A stretch of 64,000 nt of DNA. It comes from Candidatus Saccharimonadales bacterium. GTDB lineage: Bacteria; Patescibacteriota; Saccharimonadia; Saccharimonadales; UBA10212. The notes under the pieces are model-generated. The model had not been told where the DNA came from. It was given only the letters and a program-made list of their open reading frames with translations, and did no database searches. Location: contig JBBDZU010000002.1 of assembly GCA_040900055.1 (NCBI GenBank), forward strand, positions 18,425 to 82,424. Reading direction: 5' to 3'. The position numbers and the translations under genes were made by a program. Below, in pieces: positions 27,981 to 37,244 of the stretch (its first letter is position 1; the number at the start of each line of letters is the position of its first letter).

Positions 27981-28019
27981 TAAAAAATACCCGCGCTTTA
28001 CTTTAGCGCGGGTATTTTA
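27981..28019 (-). terminator. rho-independent terminator of the 65-aa gene
   Basis: Minus strand reads ATACCCGCGCT-aaagtaa-AGCGCGGGTAT followed by TTTTTTATTT, about 20 nt after the stop. Confidence 0.8.
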
Positions 28020-28040
28020 AGTGTACTTTTATTTGGGAAC

Positions 28041-28238
28041 TTATTTTCGCTTCAGCGTAAGAAAACCGTTGCGAGGGTTTTCATTAACTACCCGGTCGTT
28101 AGGCAAATCGGTGCCTGTGTCAGGTCGGTCATCTTTACTGAAGTAATAAATGGTTTGGCTCTTGCCGCCACGCAGGGTGACATTCTTGGAATTTAAATAG
28201 TATGTAACGCCTTTGCTGTTAGTGTGCTTATAGGCCAT
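28041..28238 (-). CDS. small hypothetical protein
   Basis: 65-aa basic ORF with its own strong terminator. No motif recognised. Confidence 0.5.
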   Translation of the reverse strand: MAYKHTNSKGVTYYLNSKNVTLRGGKSQTIYYFSKDDRPDTGTDLPNDRVVNENPRNGFLTLKRK

Positions 28239-28521
28239 GTTTTTCCCTCTCCTTAGGTTTGTATGATACCCCTACCATACTCTGCGGAGTTTTCAGTTGT
28301 CAACCCCTTAGCCTGCCAGCTAGCCTTATCGAGGCAGCCCCGAGGTTCTACAGATTATGCCCTTACCTCTATAAAAATAGCCCCTCGGGTGGCTTGACGT
28401 CGATAGCTAATTTTAAAGAAGTATTAAGCACAACAACACCTTGGCTCAGAGGGTTGCCTTTCAAAACGCTTATGCGCTACTATGGGGACAGTTAACTTTA
28501 AATAAAGGTGGTAAAAGTTCA

Positions 28522-29178
28522 ATGGAATTTATGTCTCGGGGCCCAAGCCGCGCTAATATGCCAGCACCTACACCTCAAATTGATAATAACTCTCCCAAGG
28601 CGGCGCCTAGTCGCCGCAAGCACATCGACTGGGCTGCTCGAACAGTCCGGCTCGAACTATTTATAGTACTGGTCGGTAGTGCTTTGCTCTTAGCAGCTGT
28701 TTCTCTGTATTCGGCACTTGGCTCTACCCTAAGTTCGGAGGCTCAGCGTGTTAAAGCCGATAAATATCAGGCTGTCTTCCTAAACGGCGGCGCAACAAGT
28801 GGATCTGTAGCCTACACAACTTATTTTGGCAAAATCACCAGCATGAACGATAGATACATTGTCCTTAACGACGTTTACTATCTTACAACCGAGCAAATCC
28901 AGGGCAGCGAAAATGTTAATCCTCAGCTGACTAAGCTTGGTTGTCAGCAGTTACATTCGCCATTCGACGAAATGGTTATTAATCGAAATCAAGTGGCCTT
29001 TTGGGAAAATCTAGAAGATAGAGGCAAAGTGGCCCAAGCTATTAAACAATTTAAGGCTGCCAACCCCAACGGCCCAGATTGCGAAGCCGCTCAAACTGAC
29101 TCCACACAGCAAGACACAACCACTACAGACGAACAAAGCCCAACTAACACACAAGACGACACCACCCAGCAAGAGTAA
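28522..29178 (+). CDS. membrane-anchored hypothetical protein with a Thr/Gln/Asp-rich tail
   Basis: Start placed at ATG 28522, preceded by AAGGTGG. One TM helix (LFIVLVGSALLLAAVSLY), an extracytoplasmic domain, and a low-complexity C-terminus. Confidence 0.55.
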   Translation: MEFMSRGPSRANMPAPTPQIDNNSPKAAPSRRKHIDWAARTVRLELFIVLVGSALLLAAVSLYSALGSTLSSEAQRVKADKYQAVFLNGGATSGSVAYTTYFGKITSMNDRYIVLNDVYYLTTEQIQGSENVNPQLTKLGCQQLHSPFDEMVINRNQVAFWENLEDRGKVAQAIKQFKAANPNGPDCEAAQTDSTQQDTTTTDEQSPTNTQDDTTQQE

Positions 29179-29769
29179 TTAACTTAGCCTTAGCCTCCTA
29201 AGCGTTAACGCGGCTACCAAAGCTATTGCCAAGAAAATGCTAGCCAGCAAGCTAAAGCCGGCTAAATCCGGCGACCAGGTTGGACTAACAAAATCAAATT
29301 GGTAAAGGGCTGGCGGCACCGCTTGAGCCTTAACCCCATTGGCAGTAACGTATTGCTCTACACACGGAACTCTTTGCCTACCGGAAAAACTGGCCGGGTG
29401 CAGGGCTTGGCAGTGGTTTTGGGCATCGGTATAAACTTTGGCGTTCACGCTATCTACCCTTTTTTGCTCGGCGGCTACAAGCCGCTCGTAAGTATATTTC
29501 AACTGAATTGGAGGTTTAATAGCGTTGCCACCGCTGGATAAATCGGTATTTATATGGCTATGGACATAGGCCCTCAGCTTGCCCAAGGCCGACTCAACAT
29601 CACCACCAGTTTGATCAGCTTGGTAAACATCGTTCCGAAGCTCAATCATAGTTTGGTTATTTTGGCGTAGTGCCAAGATGGCAATGACAGCGCTAACAAT
29701 AAACAGAGCTCCCAAAATCCAAGCAGGCAACCTTAGCAAATAGGACAATTTCTCTTTTATCACTACCAA
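29179..29769 (-). CDS. hypothetical membrane protein (N- and C-terminal TM helices)
   Basis: 196 aa with TM helices at both ends. No family recognised. Confidence 0.5.
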   Translation of the reverse strand: MVVIKEKLSYLLRLPAWILGALFIVSAVIAILALRQNNQTMIELRNDVYQADQTGGDVESALGKLRAYVHSHINTDLSSGGNAIKPPIQLKYTYERLVAAEQKRVDSVNAKVYTDAQNHCQALHPASFSGRQRVPCVEQYVTANGVKAQAVPPALYQFDFVSPTWSPDLAGFSLLASIFLAIALVAALTLRRLRLS

Positions 29770-29815
29770 TATTCTACAGCTTTACGCATCAAGGCTTAGG
29801 CTTTAGGCTAGATAT

Positions 29816-31108
29816 ATGCACATCTACTTTTCCGGCATCGGCGGAACCGGCATCGGCCCTTTGGCCCTGATCGCCAAACAAGCTGGTTACGGCGTTAGCG
29901 GCTCAGATGCCACCAAGAGCGATTATATTGATTATTTACGTGACCAAGGTATTAAAAACGTTCATATTGGTCAGAGCAGGGCTCAAATAGCCAAAGTGCA
30001 TCAGTCCCGCCCCATCGATTGGTTCGTTTATAGTTCAGCCCTACCCAAAACAGACACCAATCATCCAGAGCTAGTTTTTTGCCAAGAAAACGCCGTCAAA
30101 ACTAGCAAGCGCGACGAATTGCTTAACAAAATCATTAAAGATAAAGGCTTGCAGATGGTGGCTGTCGCCGGCACCCACGGCAAAACCACCACCACCGCTA
30201 TGGCTATTTGGGTTTTAAAGCAGCTAGGGGAGCCGATCAGCTATTCGGTAGGTGCTAAAATCGGCTTTGGCGACATGGGCACTTTTAATCCTAAGAGCCG
30301 CTATTTTATTTACGAAGCCGACGAATTTGACCGCAATTTTTTAAGCTTTTACCCTGAGTTGTCGCTAATAACGGGCATTGATTGGGACCATCCAGACATT
30401 TACCCCACCCGTGAGTCCTACAACGAGACTTTTTTAGAGTTTATCGGCCAAAGTAGGCAAACCTACCTATGGCATAACGATGCCGAGAGGCTCGGCTTAG
30501 AAGTTGCCGCTGACCACCATGTACTGGACGAGAAAGAGCCGGCTATAGAGCAAATAAAATTACTAGGTCTAGTCAACCGCCAAAACGCTTGGCTAGCGGC
30601 CCAAGGCTTGGGTGACTTGATGCAGCGTCCAGCCTCTGATTTAATTAAAATTTTAGAGAAATTTCCGGGAGTGTCGCGTCGGTTTGAGCAAATCGTTCCT
30701 GGCCTTTTAAGCGATTACGCCCATACTCCTGCCAAAATAACCGGCGCTTTGCAGCTGGCTCAGGAAGTAGCCGGCAACAAAGTAGTGGTTGTCTACGAGG
30801 GCCTGCATAACACTCGCCAACATTTTATTAAAGATAGCTTAGAGCACTTGTTTGACGGGGTTAAACAGCTTTATATAGTGCCTAGCTACCTAGCCCGGGA
30901 AGATCAGGCTCTAAAAACCCTCTTACCTACAGATTTACTTAACTTGTTAAGTAGTGAGTCTAAATCTCATAGCCAAGCCATGCAACTTAATCAGGATTTT
31001 AAAAATCAAATTAACCAGCACCTTAAACAAAATGATTTAGTTCTTTGTTTAAGCGCTGGTGGCAGCGGCAGCTTAGACGAGTGGCTCCGCAAGGAATTTG
31101 CAAGGTAA
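29816..31108 (+). CDS. Mur ligase family protein, MurC/Mpl-like
   Basis: 430 aa. N-terminal GIGGTGIGPLALIAKQAGYGVSGSD, ATP site GTHGKTTTT, and DYAHTP. The sequence alone does not distinguish MurC from Mpl. Confidence 0.8.
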   Translation: MHIYFSGIGGTGIGPLALIAKQAGYGVSGSDATKSDYIDYLRDQGIKNVHIGQSRAQIAKVHQSRPIDWFVYSSALPKTDTNHPELVFCQENAVKTSKRDELLNKIIKDKGLQMVAVAGTHGKTTTTAMAIWVLKQLGEPISYSVGAKIGFGDMGTFNPKSRYFIYEADEFDRNFLSFYPELSLITGIDWDHPDIYPTRESYNETFLEFIGQSRQTYLWHNDAERLGLEVAADHHVLDEKEPAIEQIKLLGLVNRQNAWLAAQGLGDLMQRPASDLIKILEKFPGVSRRFEQIVPGLLSDYAHTPAKITGALQLAQEVAGNKVVVVYEGLHNTRQHFIKDSLEHLFDGVKQLYIVPSYLAREDQALKTLLPTDLLNLLSSESKSHSQAMQLNQDFKNQINQHLKQNDLVLCLSAGGSGSLDEWLRKEFAR

Positions 31109-31109
31109 T

Positions 31110-31433
31110 TTAGCGGCTATCGCCGCTGCCGCTTAATTTATTTTGATCTTTTCTTGTCTGTAGTTTGGCAACGTTCACCTGCGCTATTTCATCCAGGCTG
31201 TAGCCTAAATAGTCAGCTAGTGTGGCCGTATACCAAAGGACATCGCCTAATTCGCTGGCTAAGGCTGGTTTATCTAGTTTTTGCATATCCGAATTAGAAT
31301 CCCGAACCCATTTTTTTATTTTGCCCGCCACTTCTCCTGCCTCACTAGCTAGCCCCAAAGTGCGATATATTAAGTCATTAGTCACTGGCAGTGCTGTAGA
31401 TAGTGCTTTCTTTTGGTAGTCATCTAGTGTCAT
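31110..31433 (-). CDS. MazG-like nucleotide pyrophosphohydrolase
   Basis: 107 aa. [11 protein letters not shown] and ELGDVLWY are the EExxE/D metal-binding helices of the MazG fold. Confidence 0.8.
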   Translation of the reverse strand: MTLDDYQKKALSTALPVTNDLIYRTLGLASEAGEVAGKIKKWVRDSNSDMQKLDKPALASELGDVLWYTATLADYLGYSLDEIAQVNVAKLQTRKDQNKLSGSGDSR

Positions 31434-31452
31434 TTAGTCCCTCCTTTATAAC

Positions 31453-33303
31453 TTATAGGCCGCCGTAGCCGCCACCATAACCATAAAAGCTATAGTCCGG
31501 CTTATGATAGTCCGTAATTTTAATTGCCGGCGAGCCGGTCTCGGTACCCATAATGTAAAGCTCGCTGGAATCTTTGGATGTCAGTAAATAGTTGTCGCTA
31601 AACCAGCCGTAAGCCGTATGTTCGCTTAGTTCGCCGATTTGTTTGGCATCACCGCCGTCTGCACTGCCGATAAATAAAGTGTTTTTGCCGTCCCTAGGCT
31701 CTGCCCAAAAAGTTTGCTGGCCTGATGGAGAAAGCAGATAAGTATACGCCGTCTCATAGCCTCGAGAGAAGGTTTTACTGAGGCCGGAATCTTCTATCAA
31801 TTGGCTGTCAGTATATTTAAAGTATCGTTCGCTGTCTTGATCGGAATTATATAAGTTAAAGTAGGCTAATTTGGGCTTGCTTAAGTAGCCACCGAATGAA
31901 TAATAGTTCGTAGACAGTACACCGCCCTCTTCGGCAGTTTCGTAAACCTTGTAACCAAACGTCTTTAGAGTTTTTAAGCCTTGTCCGTCTGGTGCGACGC
32001 TGTAAAAACCAGCCGATAATTCCGCCGGCTTAAGTTTTTGTGAGTCGGAACCAAACTCCCAGCTTTTGGCAAAAACTAATTTGCCGTCAATTATGTAGTA
32101 ATCCTGGATGTATTCCGCCGCATAGTCATCGCTTGATGAGCCATCGGCACGTGTTTGGTTTAAAAACAGGTTTTTCCCGGTTGCTGCGGAATAGCTTTTT
32201 AGGGCTTGATTGCCGGATTGCCATAGCGGAACCCCTTCCTTGTCAACTAGGTATATAAAATTGTGGCCCTCCCAGCCAATGGGCGTAAACGAAGCGTTGC
32301 CTTGATCAATGATAGATAGTTTGTCGGTTGCGGTATCGATTAAATAAAGTAGGCTGCCGGCACCACGATTAGCCCGAAGCGCCAAGTATTTCCAGTCACG
32401 AGAAGCAAGTAGCACACTGTCACTGCTGTCTTCATTACCGGTACCGGCCAAAACCGTCTGGCGCTCGGAGCCGTCTAAGTTAGTTTTAACTACGTCAAGT
32501 CTGCCTGTTAACTTTGACAGAAAATATATTTTGCCAGAAGGGGTAAGATTGTAGTCATTTTGCGTTATTTCGCTGGCACTGGCTAAAACTTCGACTGATT
32601 TGCTGTTGTAACCTTTTGCGCTCAAAGTAGCGTCCTCTTGCTTGGCATCAGCAGCTAATACCACCGCCGCCTTGCCGTCGCTACCGGTCTTGGCAGAAAT
32701 ATCGGCTAGTTTTATGTCTACTCCGGCAATGCTCTTTCCGGTAATTTTATCGGTTACGGTTACGTTAACTTGGCGGCCAGTAGCCACTAGTTTTATCTCG
32801 GGAGTATTTTTTCGGAAAAGTATTGGTACAGTAAATTCGGATTTGACTCCTTCGTAATATTTTTTGTTAATCGATACGGTTTTTTTGCCAACTGGTATAC
32901 CGCGCAATACTGCCTGGCCGGTGCCATCGGTCTGGCTGCTTATGGAGCCTAGGCTCACCGTGGCGCCGCTAACCGGAGTATTAGCCGAAGAATCTACAAC
33001 TCTCAAAGTAAAATCTTTTTTTAATACTAAACCAACCGTCGGATAGCGGGTTACGGGAATAGCCAAGATCAGCATAATTACCAAAGCAATCGACGCAGGG
33101 ATAGTTATTTTCTTATGCGAACCATACCAATGCCGGTACTTTTGCCATCGAGAGGCCGATTCTGGCAAGGGGAAGGTATCGGCTTTATCGGTCATTCTTG
33201 GTATCGGCGTAGCCGTCTCGCCTTGGTTGGATTCAGACGGGGCGGCTGGAGTGGACGGCTGAATTTGATCCGGTGGCCCAGTTTTTGATTTATCTTCGAG
33301 CAT
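31453..33303 (-). CDS. membrane-anchored hypothetical protein with Ig-like (CarboxypepD_reg-like) domains and a probable beta-propeller
   Basis: 616 aa. One TM helix after a Pro-rich N-terminus, two short beta-sandwich-like segments, and a long Tyr/Gly/Asp-rich region ending YGYGGGYGGL. Its ATG overlaps the aspS stop by 1 nt. Confidence 0.45.
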   Translation of the reverse strand: MLEDKSKTGPPDQIQPSTPAAPSESNQGETATPIPRMTDKADTFPLPESASRWQKYRHWYGSHKKITIPASIALVIMLILAIPVTRYPTVGLVLKKDFTLRVVDSSANTPVSGATVSLGSISSQTDGTGQAVLRGIPVGKKTVSINKKYYEGVKSEFTVPILFRKNTPEIKLVATGRQVNVTVTDKITGKSIAGVDIKLADISAKTGSDGKAAVVLAADAKQEDATLSAKGYNSKSVEVLASASEITQNDYNLTPSGKIYFLSKLTGRLDVVKTNLDGSERQTVLAGTGNEDSSDSVLLASRDWKYLALRANRGAGSLLYLIDTATDKLSIIDQGNASFTPIGWEGHNFIYLVDKEGVPLWQSGNQALKSYSAATGKNLFLNQTRADGSSSDDYAAEYIQDYYIIDGKLVFAKSWEFGSDSQKLKPAELSAGFYSVAPDGQGLKTLKTFGYKVYETAEEGGVLSTNYYSFGGYLSKPKLAYFNLYNSDQDSERYFKYTDSQLIEDSGLSKTFSRGYETAYTYLLSPSGQQTFWAEPRDGKNTLFIGSADGGDAKQIGELSEHTAYGWFSDNYLLTSKDSSELYIMGTETGSPAIKITDYHKPDYSFYGYGGGYGGL

Positions 33304-34616
33304 TAAGGAGCCAACCTATTTATATCCCTCGGGAAGAGGGTGGCCTCTTTGACGTTGTTAAGACCGATAAGCTGTTCTGTTAACCGCTCTAAGCCCATGC
33401 CAAAGCCACCGTGCGGCGGCAGGCCGTATTTAAAAGCTTGTAAAAAGTATTTAAAGCCAGCGTCGTCGGGTGAGGCGCCGGTTTTTTCTTTAAGCTGTTT
33501 AACTAGTTTGTCGTAACGGTGCTCACGCATACTGCCAGTAGCAATCTCGACGCCGCGAAACAGCAGGTCAAAGCGCTCGGCTAGTTTAGGCCGGTCGTTG
33601 TAGAGTTTATGGTAGAACTTAGCGTCCGCCACCGGCCATTCGGTAACATAAACGGCCTCAGAACCTAAATTTTTTGCGGCGTAGTCGCAAATCCAACGTT
33701 CCTCTTTGGGGATCAAATCCAGTTCCTTGGTTGTGTCTTCGCCGGTAGCCTGACTATATTTTTTATGGATATCGGCCATAGTAAGTGCCGGAAGCTTGGC
33801 AGATAGAACCGGCTTGGTGGCGTTCCAGTCTTTAAGTTCCGGTTCGTATTTCTGCCAAACGGCATCCACAACGCTATTTACTAAATTACTTAACAAGTCA
33901 AGTAATTCGTCCAGATCGACAAAACCAATCTCCGCATCAATAGTTATAAACTCGGTCATGTGGCGAGTGGTTGCTGATGGCTCGGCACGGTAGGTAGGGT
34001 TAATTTCAAATACCCGCTCATAAACCCCGACCATAATTTGTTTGTAAAACTGGGCGCTTTGGGCTAGCGTTGCCTCTTTGCCAAAATAATCTAAGCGAAA
34101 GACTTCTGCCCCGCCCTCTGTGGCACCTGGCAAAAGTTTGGGCGAATTGAATTTTATAAAGTCTTGGCTTTTTAAGTAGCGGCTAATAGACTCTTCGACT
34201 TCGGCTTGAATTTTAAAAATAGACTGTTCGTTTAAATTTCGAAGTCCAATAGCTCGGTTGTCAAATAACGTATCGAGGTTTTCCGGTTTGTGGCTAAGCG
34301 GTTTGTCGATTTCGACAGGCGGCTCGTCAGAAACCTCTACCTCGATTTCAAACTTGGGGTCGTGCAGCTCGGCTCCACCAACCGCTCGAGGCTCCTTTTT
34401 AACTTGGCCATTAACCGACAAGACTGTGCCAATTTGTAAGCCGCGCAGTTTTTCAACTTCTTGCTCGTCTTTTATAACTACCTGAATCAGCCCACTGCGG
34501 TCACGTATAACTATAAAGTTAAGCCCGCCAAGTAGCCTTTTTTTGTGTAGCCAGCCACGTACTAAAATTGTTTTACCGACGTGCTTTGCCGCCTCAGCGG
34601 CGAGGGTTCTGGTCAT
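33303..34616 (-). CDS. aspS: class IIb aminoacyl-tRNA synthetase, short-type aspartate--tRNA ligase (AsnRS not excluded)
   Basis: 437 aa. N-terminal OB fold, motif 2 FRAEPSATTRHMTEF, motif 3 GGFGMGLERL. Confidence 0.8.
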   Translation of the reverse strand: MTRTLAAEAAKHVGKTILVRGWLHKKRLLGGLNFIVIRDRSGLIQVVIKDEQEVEKLRGLQIGTVLSVNGQVKKEPRAVGGAELHDPKFEIEVEVSDEPPVEIDKPLSHKPENLDTLFDNRAIGLRNLNEQSIFKIQAEVEESISRYLKSQDFIKFNSPKLLPGATEGGAEVFRLDYFGKEATLAQSAQFYKQIMVGVYERVFEINPTYRAEPSATTRHMTEFITIDAEIGFVDLDELLDLLSNLVNSVVDAVWQKYEPELKDWNATKPVLSAKLPALTMADIHKKYSQATGEDTTKELDLIPKEERWICDYAAKNLGSEAVYVTEWPVADAKFYHKLYNDRPKLAERFDLLFRGVEIATGSMREHRYDKLVKQLKEKTGASPDDAGFKYFLQAFKYGLPPHGGFGMGLERLTEQLIGLNNVKEATLFPRDINRLAP

Positions 34617-34646
34617 CTTCTCTGAGTTTTAGTTTACCGCAGATCT

Positions 34647-35681
34647 TTAAGTTTGTTCAGGACTTTTGGGCTTACTTGGCTTATGGTCTTTTTTGGTAGT
34701 CATAGCAGCAACAGCCGCTAAATCATCGTATTTATCAAATTCATCGACTGCCAAGCGATCTACGGCTTGCTTCAGCACGTCTTCTAAAGTTAAAAGGCCA
34801 ACAACTTCTTCAAAGTTGTTAACAACTACCAACGTAGGATTCTGAGTTTTTAAAAACGCATCCAAAGCCTGGCGTAGATCCATGTCTTCATTAATAAAAT
34901 ACACTTGGCGCTTCATTAAACTAGCTACTTTTCCGTCACCTTCGTAGCCAACTAGGTCACCTAAGTAGAGTGTCCCGATAATGGTTGGCGAGGCAGCTTT
35001 GGCGGGACCACTAACCACTGGGAAGCATCTAAAGCCACTTGCGTGCAGTTCATCCATCAGCACCGGCCCAATAGGATCTTGGTCCGAAACCATTTTAAGC
35101 TTGCGACGAGGCGTCATAACATCGGCCACTGTCTTGTCGCCAAAAGTTAAGGCAGCTGCAGCAGTTGTTAAGTCTTGTTGATCGACTTTATTATCGACCT
35201 GCCGATCTTGCGAGTTAATAAGCTCAAGTAAATCTTCTTTTTCATAAATTCCGGTATGAAAGCGGGTGGTTGCTCGCCGCTCCAACCAGTCACCAAGTCT
35301 GCCAACCACCGGTTGAATATAACTTAAAGCAGCTGATATAACCGGTGCCAGGCTGGTGGCCAGCTTCCAGGCAAAATCTCCTGTCCGGATTCGCCAGCCA
35401 CTAACAACTAAGCTCCCGGCTAAAAAAACTGCCAGTCCAAGCCACCAGGCTTTAGACGCTGCCAGTAAAATTAAGGCTGCAAAACTAAAAGCGCCGATGG
35501 TATTTAATAAAATTTCGGCTGACTTCCCATGAGCTACCAATTTATATAGGGCGGAAGCCTGGCGGTTTTGGCCCCGGCGGGCCCGGCGGCGAAGCTCAGT
35601 TAGCGGTAGGGTTTTTGCGGCCTTGGCTACTGTAAGGGCAAATATAAAAATACTCGCCGCCAATAAAAACCATAAGCTCAT
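34647..35681 (-). CDS. CNNM/CorC-type transporter-like protein (DUF21 TM domain plus CBS pair)
   Basis: 344 aa. N-terminal TM region, then VADVMTPR and two CBS motifs. No C-terminal CorC_HlyC domain is visible. Confidence 0.7.
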   Translation of the reverse strand: MSLWFLLAASIFIFALTVAKAAKTLPLTELRRRARRGQNRQASALYKLVAHGKSAEILLNTIGAFSFAALILLAASKAWWLGLAVFLAGSLVVSGWRIRTGDFAWKLATSLAPVISAALSYIQPVVGRLGDWLERRATTRFHTGIYEKEDLLELINSQDRQVDNKVDQQDLTTAAAALTFGDKTVADVMTPRRKLKMVSDQDPIGPVLMDELHASGFRCFPVVSGPAKAASPTIIGTLYLGDLVGYEGDGKVASLMKRQVYFINEDMDLRQALDAFLKTQNPTLVVVNNFEEVVGLLTLEDVLKQAVDRLAVDEFDKYDDLAAVAAMTTKKDHKPSKPKSPEQT

Positions 35682-35936
35682 CGCCTATATTTTACACTCT
35701 TAAGCCTTTGTGTGGCTCTACATTCTTTAAACGAAAGATCAGTAGTCTAAGAATATTTGCCAGGGCGCTTTTTTGACCCTAACTGCTATTTTTTGCGGCT
35801 TGGATGTGCCGACCGTCACCGAGATTGTCATTTTTTCTCCTTTTTGTTTTTGGGGCAGAGGTAAGCTGCCGCAATATCCTCATGTTGCCATAAGCATTTT
35901 GTAATTGTCAACTTGGTTTTAGCATATAATTAGCCT

Positions 35937-37205
35937 ATGAGTTCTGCTAAAACCAAAAGTGGCCGGCCAAAGAATTTAATTAACGAAATTTCTTTCCACC
36001 CCGAACGCCGGATGGAATTATTCCAAAGCCTAACTCAGGAAGAAAAGACCAAGCTTCTACACCTCTTAACATCCCACATAAAAAAAGACATTCTAACGCA
36101 TCTGCCCGAAGACGATTTAGTGGTGCTCTTAGAAAAAGTCGATCCGGATGATGCTACCGACTTGCTACAGCTTTTGGGACCTCGCAAGCGTCAGCGGGTT
36201 TTGGAAAAATTAAGCCAAGACCTTAAAGACATTTTGTCCCAGCTTTTGGAATTTGACCCGCAAACTGCTGCCGGTTTAATGAATGTTGACTACATTCAGG
36301 TCGACAAGCGCGACTCCGTTGCCGATGTAGCTAAGAAATTTAAACTACACGAAAAGCGCACTGGTCGCCCGCCGGTTATTTTGGTGACAGAGGCTGGCAA
36401 GCTACGAGGCTTTTTACCAGGCCACGAACTAGGCTTTGGCCGCTCCACCGAACTAATTGGCAAGTACATAAAGCGGCTAGTAACCATACCTTATTCTGCT
36501 TCTCACGAGGAAGTTACCCAACTGTTCCAATCTCACCCTCATAGCAAAGTGGCCGTGGTTAATGACAGCGGCGACGCCGTGGGCGTAATTTATTCTGACG
36601 ACGTACTAAAACTCATGCAGGACCAAGAAGCCGCCTCGCTTTATGACTTCGCCGGTGTTAGTGCCGAAGAAAACGTTACGGACTCGGCCAAACGTAAGGT
36701 CAGACTGCGTTATAAATGGCTAATTATCAACTTGGGCACGGCTTTTTTGGCGGCCTTTACGGTTGGCTTATTTGAACAAACCATTACCAAATACGTCCTT
36801 TTGGCAGTCTATATGCCCATTGTCGCCGGCATGGGCGGTAACGCCGCTACTCAAACGCTGGCTGTAGTTGTCCGCGGTATCGCACTTAAGCAAATAGACT
36901 TAAAAACGGCTTACGCATCTTTGAAAAACGAGGTTGGCGCCGGCTTTATTAATGGCCTCATAAACGGCTTTTTAGTGGCCTTTATTGTCTTAATAAAAGA
37001 TCACGAGCCCGGCATTGCGCTAGTGCTGGCCCTGGCCATGATAATCAACTTACTGGTGGCAGCTTTATTTGGCACTCTTGTACCGCTTATCATGGCCAAG
37101 CTTAGAAAAGACCCGGCAGCCTCGGCCACCATTTTTATAACAACCGCTACCGATGTCTTGGGCTTTTTGGCCTTCTTGGGGCTAGCCACCTTGATCTTAG
37201 CTTAG
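35937..37205 (+). CDS. mgtE: magnesium transporter MgtE
   Basis: 422 aa. N-domain, CBS pair, and a five-TM C-terminal domain with PIVAGMGGNAATQT. Confidence 0.9.
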   Translation: MSSAKTKSGRPKNLINEISFHPERRMELFQSLTQEEKTKLLHLLTSHIKKDILTHLPEDDLVVLLEKVDPDDATDLLQLLGPRKRQRVLEKLSQDLKDILSQLLEFDPQTAAGLMNVDYIQVDKRDSVADVAKKFKLHEKRTGRPPVILVTEAGKLRGFLPGHELGFGRSTELIGKYIKRLVTIPYSASHEEVTQLFQSHPHSKVAVVNDSGDAVGVIYSDDVLKLMQDQEAASLYDFAGVSAEENVTDSAKRKVRLRYKWLIINLGTAFLAAFTVGLFEQTITKYVLLAVYMPIVAGMGGNAATQTLAVVVRGIALKQIDLKTAYASLKNEVGAGFINGLINGFLVAFIVLIKDHEPGIALVLALAMIINLLVAALFGTLVPLIMAKLRKDPAASATIFITTATDVLGFLAFLGLATLILA

Positions 37206-37244
37206 CTTTAAGCTTTAGCTTAGTTTAGAGTAAAATTAAAACCA

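Noticed and set aside
28259-28495. 78-aa plus-strand ORF in the divergent 283-nt region between the 28238 and 28522 starts
   Set aside because: It has no Shine-Dalgarno sequence and overlaps the better-supported start (ATG 28522, with AAGGTGG). The region has some stem potential (CCCGAGG...CCTCGGG), but I could not match it to any known RNA family, so nothing is called.
35682-35936. Possible M-box (Mg2+) riboswitch upstream of mgtE
   Set aside because: None of the conserved M-box strings I know could be found. Only short unrelated hairpins are present.
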